The notes beneath the pieces are model-generated. The model did no database searches, was not told where the DNA came from, and saw only the letters and a program-made list of their open reading frames with translations. From NCBI RefSeq assembly GCF_018977255.1, contig NW_024704742.1, positions 18,354,001 to 18,418,000 of the forward strand: 64,000 bases of DNA, in the 5' to 3' direction. Shown in pieces: positions 37,440 through 50,865 of this stretch; positions within the stretch are counted from its first letter, which is position 1; each line of letters starts with the position of its first letter. Made by a program: the position numbers and the translations under genes. The DNA comes from Callorhinchus milii (taxonomy: Eukaryota).

Positions 37440-39025
37440 TACAACAATAACAAAGTACATTTTTATTGCGCTTTATAAGTTGGAGGACGTTCCAAGGTGA
37501 TGGACAGTCAAAGATTGGGAGTTTGGATCAGGGAAGGTGGAGGGCAGCGAGAATCAAGGTAGGAGGTAAACCGAAGGCGCAGTTGAAGAGGAGGGTCTTG
37601 AGACATGCCTTGAAGGAGGCAAGGGAGGGAACAAGGTAAAGGGACTGTGGGATAGAGTTCCAAAAAGTGGGGGCAGAGAGGCTGAAGGTCAGACCGCCGA
37701 TGGTGGGATGGGGGGGTCGGGCGGTGACCATGGAGCTGGCCAGAGCCTGCTAAGCAGAGGGAGTGAACAGATTGATATGGAGTTAGCAGGTCACACTGTA
37801 GGAAGGAGCAAGGCTGTGAAGGGCTTTGAAGGTGAGGATGAGGATTTTGAACTCTATCCTCTGAAGGATGGGAAACCAGTGGAGCCGTGTGAGGGTGGGG
37901 TGATAGGGTCACGGAGCCTGGTGCGGGAGAGTACACGAGCTGCATGGTTATGAATGTTCTGCAGCTTACAGAGGGAAGAGTTGTGAAGACTGACAAGCAG
38001 GGAGTTGGCCTAGATGTAATGAATGCATGGATGAGGGACTCAGTGGTTTGAGGGGAGAGGCAGTGGCGAGGCCGGGCAATGTTGCAGAGCTGGGGTAAGG
38101 CAGAAAGGGTCATGGCATGAATGTGGGAGAAAGGAGAGTTGCGAGTCAAACAAGATGCCAAGGTTCCAGACTGGCTTAGTAGAGTGGAGTGTGCATCCAT
38201 GCATGGTGATGCTGCCAGTGCCCGAGGTGTGGAGACGCCGACGGGAGCCAATCTGGAGAGCCTCGGTCTTGTTGACACCCAACTGGAGAAAGTTAGGTCT
38301 CACCCTGACATACTCTCAAGATGGCAGTGGTCCTGTCATCAAGGGTGGAGGCAGAGAGGTAGAGTTGGGTGTCATCTGCATACATGTGGAAGTTGACCCC
38401 ATATCTGCAGATGGTGTCACCAGGAGGGAGCATATAGATATCGAAGAGGAGACGACCAAGGACAGAGCCCTGAGGCACACTGCACAAGACAGTGTGGGGG
38501 CTGGAGGAGAAGCTGTTTGTGGAGACCAAGTGGAGACGGTTTGAAAGGTAGGATTTGAACCAGGCAAAGTGAGGACCATGAAGGTTGACATGAGAGGAGA
38601 GTCGGTGGAGGAGGATAGAGTGGGCAACAGTGTCAAAGGCAGCAGAGAGTTAAAGGAAGGTGAGGGGCAGAGGGAGCCCTGGCTACAGATGGACAACATG
38701 TCATTTGTGACTTTGAACAAGGCTATTTCTGTGCTGTGGGCAGCACGGAAACCTGATTGGAGGGATTTGTTGAGGAAGGTGCGAATCTGGGAAGCAACAA
38801 CTCTTTCAAGGACCTTGGAAAGGAAAGGGCGATTGGAAATAGGGCAGTACTTGGGAGAGCAGGGATGTTTTTTTGAGGGTGGGGGGTCATGATGGCTGTT
38901 TTAAGGGTTTGGAAATGTTGCCAGTTGATAAGGAGAGGTCGATGATGTCTGTGAGTAGAGGGGCAAGGAGGTGGAGCTGGGAGATAAGGAGTGGGGTAGG
39001 GATGGGATCAAAGATGGAGCGTGCA
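37440..39025 (-). mobile_element. L2 LINE RT/3' fragment
   Basis: Minus ORFs: [40 protein letters not shown]; reverse tail at 37440. Confidence 0.92.
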
Positions 39026-39266
39026 AGGATTATTATTAGGATTATCAGGAACAGTTGCTGTAATTTGGGGAAGTTTAGTCCTGCAAATGAGAGAGCTAGT
39101 GAACCTGGGCAAGGAGGCAGATGATCTCTGTACTCAGAGGAGGGTTGGCTGCAATGATGCTCCACTTACCAATGGGGAGGAAGGGTTGGAGAGTGTGTGT
39201 GGGGGGTGGGGGGGCGAATTGTCTGCTGTCATGACATTGTTCATTGGAGCTCTGTCCCTGAAGCCA

Positions 39267-40106
39267 GGCTGGGGCTGAGCTGAGCTGAGCTGGGGTTGAG
39301 CTGGGGCTGGGCTGAGCTGGGCTGGGGCTGGGCTGGGCTGAGCTGGGCTGGGCTGGGGCTGGTCTGGGCTGAGCTGGGGCTGAGCTGGGGCTGGGCTAGG
39401 GCTAGGCTGGGGGTGAATTGAGCTGGACTGGGCTGAGCTGGACTGGGGCTGGGCTGAGCTGGGGCTGAGCTGAGCTGGGGGCTGTGCTGTGCTGGGGCTG
39501 TGCTGGGCTGGAACTGGGGCTGGGCTGAGCTGGGGGTGAGCTGAGCTGGACTGGGGCTGGGCTGAGCTGGGGGTGAGCTGAGCTGGACTGGGGCTGAGCT
39601 GAGCTGGGCTGAGCTGAGCTGGGCTGGGCTGGGGCTGAGCTGGACTGGGGCTGGGCTGAGCTGGACTGGGCTGGACTGAGCTGGGCTGGGCTGAGCTGGG
39701 GGCTGAGCTGAGCTGGGGCTGCGCTGGGGCTGGGCTGAATTGGGGGTGAGCTGAGCTGGGCTGAGCTGGGCTGGACTGGGCTGGGGCTGAGCTGGGCTGG
39801 GGCTGAGCTGGGCTGGGGCTGAGCTGGGCTGGGCTGAGCTGAGGCTGAGCTGGGCTGAGCTGGGGCTGAGCTGGGCTGGGGCTGAGCTGAGCTGTGCTGG
39901 GCTGGGGGCTGTGCTGAGCTGGGCTGTGCTGGGCTGGGGGCTGGGCTGTGCTGGGGGCTGTGCTGTGCTGAGCTGGGCTGGGGCTGTGCTGGGGCTGGTC
40001 TGTGCTGGGGGCTGTGCTGGGGGCTGTGCTGGGAGCTGTGCTGAGCTGTGCTGTGCTGGGGCTGTGCTGTGCTGAGCTGGTCTGTGCTGAGCTGGGCTGG
40101 GCTGGG
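39267..40106 (+). repeat. Switch-mu-like G-rich pentamer array (GAGCT/GGGCT/GGGGT; GTGCT in the 3' part)
   Basis: Uninterrupted mosaic of 5-6 nt units; about 47 AGCT by hand count. Confidence 0.97.
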
Positions 40107-40420
40107 AAGAGGAGGCTTCCCTGCAGACTGGCGGCGTCGCCTGTCAATCAGAGCGGACGGCGGGGACTGAGACTGGGGCTGAGGCTCAGACTGTCGGAGA
40201 GGCTTCGCCGCTTCATCCTCAAACCATCCCCCAAACCCCCGACAGATCGGAGTCTGCAAACGCCGAAATGGTGAGTGCCGAGAAACACACACCGTCCGCA
40301 ACATTTGGAGGATTGCAACTGCTCACTGCGAGACGCCGCACACAGTGGCTTTTGTAACAGAGGGGAGAAAAAAAAAGGGGCGATGGTTGGGTTTTCGTCT
40401 CCTGACAAACGCGCGTTATT
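40107..40420 (+). promoter_or_regulatory. GUCY1B1 proximal promoter/5'UTR; CpG-rich, with TGATTGACAG (minus strand) at 40141-40150
   Basis: CpG cluster around the ATG exon; ctgtcaatca followed by a GC-box-like ggcgggg. Confidence 0.55.
40268..40270 (+). CDS. GUCY1B1: sGC beta1 coding exon 1 (ATG only)
   Basis: gccgaaATG|gtgagt, a consensus donor in a CpG-rich patch. Vertebrate GUCY1B1 exon 1 contributes only the start codon, and the next exon begins YGFVNH. Confidence 0.85.
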
Positions 40421-40431
40421 CCAATGCAATG

Positions 40432-40475
40432 TGAGAGACAGAGAGAGAGACAGAGAGAGACAGAGAGAGAGAGAG

Positions 40476-40508
<33 letters not shown>

Positions 40509-40618
40509 CACACACACACAGAGAGAGACACACACACAGAGAGAGACACACACACAGAGAGAGACACACACAGAGAGAGAGCGACACACACACACAGAGA
40601 CGGAGAGAGCGAGACACA

Positions 40619-40652
<34 letters not shown>

Positions 40653-40725
40653 GAGACGGGGAGAGAGACACAGAGAGAGAGAGAGAGACACACACACACA
40701 CACACAGAGACAGGGAGAGAGAGAG

Positions 40726-40756
<31 letters not shown>

Positions 40757-40941
40757 CACACAGAGAGAGAGACACACACACACACACAGATAGACAGGGA
40801 GAGAGAGAGACACACAGAGAAAGAGAGAGACACACACAGAGACACAGAGAGAGAGAGACAGAGAGAGAGACAGAGAGAGAGAGACACACAGAGAGACACA
40901 CACACACACACACACACACACAGAGACAGGGAGAGAGAGAG

Positions 40942-40972
<31 letters not shown>

Positions 40973-41255
40973 CACACACACACAGAGAGAGAGACACACA
41001 CACACACACACAGATAGACAGGGAGAGAGAGAGACACACAGAGAAAGAGAGAGACACACACAGAGACACAGAGAGAGAGAGACAGAGAGAGAGACAGAGA
41101 GACAGAGAGAGAGAGACACACAGAGAGACACACACACACACACACACAGAGAGAGAGAGACAGGGAGAGAGAGAGACACACAGAGAGAGAGAGAGACACA
41201 CACACACAGAGACACACACAGAGAGAGAGAGACAGAGAGAGAGAGAGGAGAGAGA
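40432..41255. repeat. Compound (GA)n/(CA)n array with higher-order duplication
   Basis: ~820 nt; marker block cagatagacaggga...gagaaaga recurs at ~40787 and ~41011; GUCY1B1 intron 1. Confidence 0.97.
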
Positions 41256-41851
41256 GGGGGAGGGAGGCAATGCTGATGGTGTTTTGTTAAACCTCTCACC
41301 TGCCTCTACAATGTGTTCGACTGCGATGTGCTGTTCTCTCGGAGCAATAATCGCAGGCGTTTGATTCGGTATAACGGAATGAATGTCCTTCTTCCTATTT
41401 GCAATGCCGCCCGGAGCTTTGGAAAGAGCAGAAGAAGAAGAATAAAAAAAAGCAGAAGCATTTGCACCATCCACAGTGTGTGAAATAACCCCCCCCCCAA
41501 ACCCCACAGTGCGGATTGCAACTGCAATGCAATGTGCATCAGCCGTAAAGAACAACAAGATGTTACAACGTTTGCAACTGCACTTGTCGGTGTTTTTTTT
41601 TTGTTGGGGGAGGGAGAGAGGTAAGAGGTTTAAGATGCTTTAACTGGGATGTTGTCTGGACGCCATAGCAGCACTCTTGGGCTGAGAGCACATCTCTCTG
41701 CCCTCCGCACTCTCACTCCCTCTCTCTCTGCTGCCTTTCCTTCTGTTGCAATTCACCCACTGCAATTATTCTATTGCAATTATTTTTTTTTCTCTCTTTC
41801 TTCCCCCCAACACCCCCTCCCCACCCCTCCCACCCTCCCCACCCTCCCCAG

Positions 41852-41925
41852 TACGGGTTCGTAAACCACGCATTGGAATTGTTAATCCAACGCAATTATG
41901 GATCTCAAGTGTGGGAAGATATCAA
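41852..41925 (+). CDS. GUCY1B1: sGC beta1 coding exon 2 (H-NOX start)
   Basis: ctccccag|[29 protein letters not shown]|gtaagt; 74 nt. Confidence 0.96.
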
Positions 41926-42859
41926 GTAAGTGAAGATCTCGTCGGCGACCTGAATGTGTAGCCCAAATAAAAGCCAGACGATTGGTACCCATTTTCCCTG
42001 TCTGCTCTGGTTCCATGTAGCCACATCCTACATCTGTTTGCAATTCTAAATGCTGTATCTTACATGTACTGTGCAATATCCTTAATCATGTATTGTATCC
42101 ATCCTCTGCATCTGTTTCATGTCCCCACATCCTGTGTGTGTGTGACATGTGTCCATGAATTAAATCTTTGCTGTTACTTGTCTTCTGCCTTTGTTGTATC
42201 TATGTTTCGCGTCTGCTACACATCCACATTGTGCTTCTGTTACTTGTGTCCATCTGTATTCTGTCTCTCTCACATATTCATATTGTACCTCTTGACACGT
42301 GCCCATATTATGCTATATTTTGTGAACAATTTTGCTTTCGGGTATTTTTGAGCCAAATAAATATTATTTTTGGATCTGATTAATTTAACTAGAACATGGG
42401 GATCGTGACAAGTAAAATGATTCAGTGGAAATTAGCTGCATCACTACTAAGGGTTGGTTTGAGCAAAGCCACTTCTTTGTGGAGTAATTTGGAAACAAAT
42501 CTACTTCAGTAACAAATGGGAATGTTCTTGTGCAGATGTGGAAGACTGACCTGGAAACGGACTAAAGGAGACAGAAAAGTATTTTATGGAACTTTTTATA
42601 TAACAGATGAAATGCCATACATGTGTCTTCCGGTGTAGCACGACCACTTAAGAAACTAGGAAGACAATTTAACTGGATAGCAAGTGCATGAGCTCCATAC
42701 TCTCGTGTTTAGGTCTTTGGCCCGGAAAAGCTTCTTTTCTGAGTTAAATGCTTTGGTTATCATTAAACATAAACATCATGCAGTGTCATTTTTTGATATT
42801 GTGTTTCATGCAGCCTTGTTAGTTGGATATATTTTAGTTTCTTTTGGGAACGTGATGAA

Positions 42860-43183
42860 TATAATAATAATAATAATCCTTGCATTTGATATAGCGCTTT
42901 TCACGTCGGGAGGACGTCCCAAAGCGCTTCACAGAATATACTGTAAAGTGAATTGACTGTATATTTGTGGGCGAACGCGGCAGCTAATTGCGCACAGCAA
43001 TGTCCCACAAACAGTCGTGGATTGAAAATGACCAATTTATTATTGTTTTTGGTTTTGGAGGGATTATTATGAGGCTCTGTGTGGAGTAAGGAAACTTGCC
43101 CAAGGTCTCGCCCTCTGCCTGGAATTGAACTCAGGTCTCTCACTTGCAAAGCGAGTGCTCTAACCACTGAGCTACAGGACTCC
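42860..43183 (-). mobile_element. tRNA-derived SINE, short subfamily
   Basis: Full reverse copy ending ...taaccactgagctacaggactcc. Confidence 0.93.
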
Positions 43184-44769
43184 ACATATACATAGAATTG
43201 GCAAGAACAGTGGAAATACTCATTTGTTTCAGAATTAAGTATTACCATATGTGTTTGTTTATGAAATTTGTTCACGTTCAACATTGAGACTCATCAGCTC
43301 TAAATCTATTTTATTAGTTAATTGAATTATCTATTACTTGGCTTGAGAGGAAACTCAAAATGTTTTTGTTGGCCTGCCAGCTCTTTTCAAAGTCAGCCCC
43401 TTGGGACATCCTCCCGATGTGAAACATGCTATACAAATATAATTCTGTTGTTCTTGTTGTCAGTGCAGATATTATGGAACTTTATAATTTCAATTTCAAA
43501 TAGATCGTATATATTTGTCACATTAGATTTGATTCACCAAAATGCAGATGGAAACATAGCTGCACATACAAATATGAGCATTGCTGTGAACTTTAATTTC
43601 TTTTGGATTTAAAATCATTTGTATATTGAAAGGTTGGTCTCAACAATTAAGAAACATAATTTTAAATTAAATATTTAAGATATAAAGCTCTGTATGAATC
43701 AATTAATTTCTAAGTGCTTGGAGACACTGCCCTGCATGGAAGGTGATATATAAGTGCAAGTTGTTGTGTTATCATTTTATTACATGAGTTGACAATATGC
43801 ACGTAATTTACAAATTAAAGTTGTACTTCGTAATATATTTGTGAGAATGAAAGACAGTAATTGTTAAGGTTTCTAGAGATATAAACTATTAAGCAGAAAT
43901 TCCACTTGGGTTTAGATTTACCCATTTAACATGACATTTCAGAATACCCAGAATTTGTTTGTATTCCTAAATACAGAGCTTAATTTGAAGCGGTTTTTCT
44001 GTAAATTTCTTTTAAAAAATAGTCTACAGATTTAAAATTGAATTCAACAACTTGCCAACTTCTGCAAACTGAAATGTTACATTAAAAGGTAAATCTACAC
44101 CCAGGTAAATGAGAGGGAAGCATAACATGACAGGAAAACATTTAATATTTGTCTGTGTCTTTAAGCAAGTCTTTATTGTTCATGATTTATATTATTTAAG
44201 ATTATTTAAGATTAATAGCTAGAATCGTTAAGCGTTCAATTTAGTTTGGGTTCAAGTTATATCAGGCAACTGGCACTCAGAATCATGATGAGTTACATTT
44301 GGATCAGAAGTGAGATTCATAAATCTGTAAGTGTGGCTTTACTAAACAACCATAGAAACAGATATTTTAGCATAGAATGTTTTTTGTCCAATCATGTCTG
44401 TGGAATCTGAAACTCATCATGAGTATATAATTTTAATATCACTCCAGTATACCTGTTTGTATTTAAAGGAAGTACTATAGTGAGGGTTTTGTTTTGGATA
44501 TTCTAAATTGTATAATGAAATGGCTAAATCATAGAAAAAAAAATGATACGGCATCTTTGACTAGGTGACATCCAAGGATTTGGTCCCTGTTCTCTGATCG
44601 TAAGTCATAAATGATCTTCTTAAAGGAACTGTATAAAATATGCCTAAGTTTGCAAAACTTAGTGAAAGCTGAAATAGAAGCGATTAAATTAAAAATCTTC
44701 AGAGATTTATAAATCATAAAAATACTGAAACTATAAATATTAAATTGCGTTCTGAATTTACAACTCAAT

Positions 44770-45510
44770 TCAATTTATATCGCCTTTCATGTTTGGGGGA
44801 CTCCGCAAAGTGTTTAATGCTGATCTCTGGGCACCCGAGCTGGGGGTAGAAGCCACAGGAGGTGGAAAGGCGAAAGATGATTGAAAACTTAGTTCAGGAG
44901 CTACACATTGAGATGGACCTTGAACAAGATGAGGGAGGGAGCAAGTTGGAGGGAATCCAGGATGAAATTTCAGTGTGTGGGGGCAGATAAGCTGAAAGCC
45001 CATTCACTGATGGTAGTGTGGATAGAGTGGGGATATGATGCTTGCAGGTGCTTGCTGAGCAAAAGAAGTGACTGGGTCGATAGGGTTCAAAGAGGATGCA
45101 AAGGTATGGTGGAGTGATGCTATGGAGGGATTTGAGGGTGAAAACGAGGATCTTCAATTTGATATGCAGCGGGATGGGGAGCCAATGGATCCAAGCAAGG
45201 ATGGAGGTAATAGGCTTGCAGAACCTGGCGTGAGACAGGATACGGGCTGCAGAGCCATGGATAATTTGCATGTATAGGGAAGAACTGAGGATTCTAGCAA
45301 GCAGGGCATCAGCATGATGAAAGCATGGTTGAGGGTCTCGGTGGCCTATTGGTGGAAGAGGGCAGTGTTACAGAGGTGAGGGAAAACTGAACTGGTAAGC
45401 AGATGGATGTGGTGTTAGAAGGACAGGTGGGAGTCAAACAAGACATTGAGGATCTGCACCAGCACTGATTCTGTATGGTGAAGTGTGCAGCCATACAAGT
45501 TGATGCTGTC
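44770..45510 (-). mobile_element. Diverged L2 3' fragment
   Basis: SAARILSHARFCKPITSILAWIHWLPIPLHIKLKIL; reverse tail at 44770. Confidence 0.85.
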
Positions 45511-46952
45511 AACTTCTGAGTTTAAAATGTATCTACATTTAATCTTCAGCACCCTGCAAAATAATCCATATACTCAATGAACAAAGTAAAATAGTCAGCG
45601 TGTATCAACAAATGACTATGTTCAGCACATTGAGTTGAATGGCCCCTGTTGTGAGATTTTTGATCTGGTAAATGTTCAGCTTAGTCCTATGCTAAAAAGG
45701 TGCATCGAACTCTGAAATATATGTGTCCAAGAAACTGGACCTTTTTACAATGCAATATATACCATATTGTAATAAATTTGAGAGTGAAATAACATACTGC
45801 TTCAGTAGTATGACATAGCAGTATTTTTCATGGCCAACCACGTGTCTGACACATGCAGAAACCCATCACCTTTAGAGTATCTAAACCAGGCTCGCAGTTT
45901 CACACATGCATGTGCCATCTACCCGTCTGGAATGGAATGTGTACTCTTTCCCGGGAGGGACATACTCTGCTTACCTAATTCCAGAGAGTATTAGGTACAG
46001 GGTGGGTGGCGACAATCAAGTGTGTGTTAGGATACTGCTGGAGTTTAATCAGTTATAACTACGTAGCTCGCACTACCCTACCCATTAGTGTTTTATCTTT
46101 CAGAGTTGGCAGGAGCTGAATGGGAATAATCTGTGCCCCGAGTCTGCCCTCCAAGTCCTGTTGACAAAGCCAGCCTGACTGGTCAGCATCTTAGAGGAAT
46201 GCGGATCAGAAAATAGACTGCTGAGAATTCCCAGTGGGTTGGCTCGATTCCAAAATTCTGTTGCCAAGCACGTAATCTAGAACTATTTTAACCTAACAGA
46301 GACTACACTTACCGCTTCCTCCCTTTCCCCAATGGCTCATCATTGAACATATGGCACTTTAGATTGTTGAGCTTGGAAGGTAAATTGGAAATACCAATAC
46401 ACAACAATCATCTGTTATAAATTAATTCAGCTACAGTGCATGTTTATCAATTATATTTTAATCCAGTATTGTTTGAGTATACAGGGCAAGACATTTCTCA
46501 TACGGTAAGTATATTGACTATTATTAACACAGACCGACTGCAGCACATCAGCAGTCATGGCTTTTTCAATTAAGCTTTAATGATCAATTAAGTTTCTATT
46601 AAAATCTTTGGGTTCTGAAACACCAGATAACCAGAGAGTGATGTCTAAGAATATTCCATTTATAAGAATTTTTTTAGGAACGATGGTGGGGAGGGCTACA
46701 AATTAAACATTAATTAAACACTTGATTACCTTAACAGTGTAACTTTGTAACAGAAACATGGATTATTAAACCACATTGCTGAGGTCTCTAACTTTACTAA
46801 CTAGTGGAGAATTGGACTGCTCACCAATTTAGAGAGTTGTGGAGTCAGGGTGTTGGTGTGTTCTTCAACCATGGAATATTTGTTGGCTCTGTACTTTTTA
46901 TCCAAGTCTTTCATTGGTCCAAGACTCAATTCCTTGAAACTGTTGTCCTTGA

Positions 46953-48775
46953 AACAACAACAACAAAATCACATTTATGTAGTGCCTTTCACGTCGGGAG
47001 GACATCCCAAGGTGTTGGACAGACAGATTTTTGGGCTGAGGGTCAGGGTGGGGGAGGTGGGAGGGCAGGGGAGGGGAGGAAGCAGGGAGATCGAAAGCAC
47101 GGTCGAAGAGGAGGGTCTTGAGGTGGGTCTTGAAGGTGGTGAGGGAGGGGGCGAAATGGAGGGACTGCGGGATGGAGTTCCAGAGGGTGGGTGCAGAGTG
47201 GCGAAAGGCCCACCCGCCGATAGTGTGGCGAGCAATGCAGGGGACGTGAAGCAAGCCGGCGCCCGCTGAGCAGCAGGAGCAAACAGGATTCTAGGGGGTT
47301 AGGAGATTGGAGAGGTAGGGGAGCAAGACCATGGAGGGCTTTGAAGGTGAGGACCAGGAGCTTGAACTGAATCCTCTGTGTGATGGGAAGCCAGTGCAGT
47401 TCGGCAAGGATGGGGGTGATAGGGTCACGGAGCCTAGTGCGGGAGAGGATACGGGCTGCAGAGTTCTGGATTATCTGCAGCCTGTGGAGAGAGGAGTTGG
47501 GAAGGGCGACAAGCAGAGCATTTTCATAGTCGAGCCTAGAGGTGATGAAGGCATGAATAAGAGTTTCGATGGCCTGAGGGGTGAGGTAGTGGCGGAGTCA
47601 GGCGATGCTACGGAGGTGAGGGAAGGCAGAGCGGGTCATGGCTTGAATGTGGGGGAGAAAAGACAGTTGAGGGTCGATCAAGACACCTAGGTTCCTGACT
47701 GGCTTGGTGAGTTATAGTGTGCGACCATGGACGTTGATGCTGCCAGTATCTGAGGTGCTGAGGCGCTGGCGCGAGCCAATCAGGAGGGCCTCAGTCTTGC
47801 TCGCATTCAACTGTAGGAAATTTGCCCTTATCCAGGACTTGATGTCCGACAGACAGTCTGTCAGCACAGCAGTGGTCCTGGAGTTGAGGGTGGAGGCAGA
47901 AAGATAGAGTTGGGTGTCATCCGCATACATATGGAAGTTGCCCCATATCTGTGGATGATGCCACCAAGGGGGAGCATGTGAATATTAAAGAGGAGAGGGC
48001 CAAGGACAGAGTCCTGGGGACCCCAGATGTGACAGTGCGGGGGCTGGAGGAGAAACCCTTAGAGGCAATGAAGTGGAGACGGTGAGAGAGATAGGAATCG
48101 AACCAGGTAAGGGCAGATCCGTGAAGATTGAGTAAAGTGGAGAGGCGATGTGTGAAGATGGAGTGGTTCACGGTGTCCAAGGCGGGAGAGAGGTCGAGGA
48201 TGACAAGGAGGCAAAGGGAACCCTGCTCACAGATGTTCAGAATGTCATTAGTGACTTTGACCAGGGCTGTTTCCGTGCTTTGGGCAGCGCAGAAGATGGA
48301 TTGGAGGGGTTGAAAGGGAATGGCGAGAGAGAAAGGAGCGGACCTGGACCTTGGAGAGGAATGGGAGGTTAAAGGTGGGGCGGTAACTGGAGAGGAGGGA
48401 TGGATCCAGGGAAGGTTTTTTCAGAATGGGGGTGATGACGGCTGTTTCTAGGGGGGTTGGGAACTGAACCGATGGACAAGGAGAGGATGATGACATCGGT
48501 CAGGAGTGGGGAGGGCCAGAAGGTGGAGCTGGGACGAGGAGAGAGGTGAGGATGGGATCGAGGGAGCAGGTGGTGGGTTTGAGTTTGCAGACAATAATGG
48601 TGAGGGAAGAGAGAGAGATAGGGTCGAAGGAGTATATGGGTGGATGGGTGGGGGGTGGGTCATGAGGGAAAGGTGATGTGGTGGTGGCTGTGTACGGGGC
48701 TGCGGTGGCCTCGATTTTAGATTCGAGGAAGTCCAGCATTTCCTCACAGTTGGAGTTTGAGGCGAGGATGGGTGA
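46953..48775 (-). mobile_element. L2 LINE fragment
   Basis: [48 protein letters not shown]; reverse (caa)n tail at 46953. Confidence 0.92.
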
Positions 48776-48809
48776 CTTATGGGAAGGTGGACGGGGGAGA
48801 CGATTAGTG

Positions 48810-49545
48810 GTGGAAATGAAGGCGTGTATGAGGGTTTCGGCAACCTGTGGTGTGAGACAGTGTCGGAGCCAGGCAACGTTGCGGAGGTGGGGGAATGCTT
48901 AGCAAAGTTGAGTGTGCAACCATGGATGGTGATGCTGTCAGCGCCTGAGGTGTGGAGGCGCTGACGGGAGCCAATCAGGAGAGCCTCGGTCTTGTTGACA
49001 TTCAACTGAAGAAAGTTAGCTCTCATCCAGGACTTGATGTCTGACAGACATTCTGTGAGGACAGCAATGGTCCTGGAGTCAAGAGTGGAGGCAGAGAGGT
49101 AGAGTTGGGTGTTATCTGCATACATGTGCAAGTTGACCCCATGTCTGCGGATGATGTCACCAAGGGGAAGCATATTGAAGAGAAGGGGACCAAGGACAGA
49201 GCCCTGAGAAACGCCGCACGAGACGGTCTGGGGGCTAGAGGAGAAGCCATTTGAGGAGATGAGGTCCAGGCGGTGTGAGAGGTACGATCTGAACCAGTCT
49301 AGGACAGAGCTGTGGAGGTTGATGTGAGAGGAGAGGCGGTCGATTAGGATAGAGTGGTCGACGGTGTCAAAAGCAGCAGAGAGGTCAAGGAGGAATGTCA
49401 TTTGTCACTTTGACCAGGGCTGTTTCTGTGCTGTAGGCAGCATGGAAACCCGACTGGTGGGGTTCTAGAAGGGAGTGGCAGGAGAGGAAGTAGCGAAGCT
49501 GAGAAGCAACAACTCATTCCAGGACCTTGGAGAGGAAGGGGAGAT
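48810..49545 (-). mobile_element. Second L2 RT fragment, tandem to the previous one
   Basis: [13 protein letters not shown]...[13 protein letters not shown]...YADNTQLY, a second RT core. Confidence 0.9.
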
Positions 49546-50384
49546 TTGATTTGAATCATATAACCATGATACAGTATATACAAACGCAGCTGTATGCAAT
49601 TTTAAATGTGATTGAAAAAGTAAATGCAAAACAATACTTTAGGATGCACCATGATAGGAGAACATGAGATAGATTTAAAGTTGCAAATAGCAATTTCAGG
49701 AAGCTTTTCGTTACTCTGAGGGCAATTACTGACTAGAACAGATTGCCAGGAAAGGTGTTAACACCAGGGCACTGGATTAATTAAACAAATACAGCTTGAA
49801 GATGTTGCAATGCGAGGACAGTAATGTGTGTATTCCGAAAGAATGAGATCGTATGGGCTGAAGGGACTTCTCCATCCAAACTAATCTTGTGATTTTGTAA
49901 TTTTATTAAAGGGATTTTATTCTGTTTTTTTAATCTGATCTGGGTTTGCTGCATTTTGGCAAAGTGGCACATGTGGTCGTAGAAAAGGCATAAATGCTGC
50001 TCCTGACTATTCTGTAAATGCTCAACACTAATCCGGTTACTTGTCCTGTACTGTGAGCAAGAAACTTGTGAACAAGACTCCAATGATGGTAGAGATTAGA
50101 CAAATTCCCTCCTCGCCCCAAACGAAGAAAAGTAATGTCTATGTGGAGAGTGTCTCTGCAAAACAGTATCTAAACCAAACAGGGAACTATATTAGTTTTG
50201 GATGGTCTTAAGCATAGTGTCAGATACCTGGCTAACCAAAGAAAAAGTAATCAGTGACTTTAAATGTTCCCTACCATGTGACATCATCGTGATGATGAAT
50301 TGTGGATTACTAAAAGGGCACTTTAAAAGGACTCTTAAAAATAGCAGCACATGTAAACAAAGACGTAAGAAATGCAAATAGATT

Positions 50385-50865
50385 CCTTGGTTTTATGTCC
50401 AGAGGAATAGAATATAAAAGTAGGGAAGTAATATTAAATGTATATAAAACCTTGGTTAGACTATTTCGAGTACCTATATATAGTCCTGGTCACCATATTA
50501 CAGGAAGGATATTGTAGCAATGTAGAGAGGGGACCTGAATAGAGTTGTTTAAGATTATGAACATATTTAATAAGGTGGATGTTGATATGCTAGTAAATCC
50601 AAAACAAGGGGGTTAAATATAAGATAGCTAGTAGTAGATCTAATGGGGAATTTAGGAGGAACTTATTCACACAGAGAGCAGTGGGAATATGGAACTCACT
50701 GCTGGAAGCTGTGTCTGAAGCAAAAAAAGCATCAGTATTTTTAAAAGACAACTTGACGCATACATGAGGGAAAAGGGAATCGTTATAGGTAAGGGGAATA
50801 GGATGGGTGGGGACTTGTGTACAGTATAAGCACCGGCACAGATTAGTTGACTTGCATCCGTACCA
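50385..50865 (+). mobile_element. CR1 3' fragment
   Basis: agaggaatagaatataaaagtagggaagta (RGIEYKSREV) ...ttcacacagagagcagtgggaatatggaactcactgc. Confidence 0.75.

Noticed and set aside
39267..40106. A true immunoglobulin switch region or IgH locus
   Set aside because: No V, D, J or C exons or RSS recognised in the window; the flanks are L2 sequence and GUCY1B1.
39134..40304. Long minus-strand ORFs rich in A/Q/P/S
   Set aside because: They are translations of the pentamer array, which lacks stops on that strand; no domain or splice evidence.
40148..41558. ORFs of 170-380 aa made of SL/CV or RE/TH repeats
   Set aside because: Dinucleotide-repeat translations inside GUCY1B1 intron 1.
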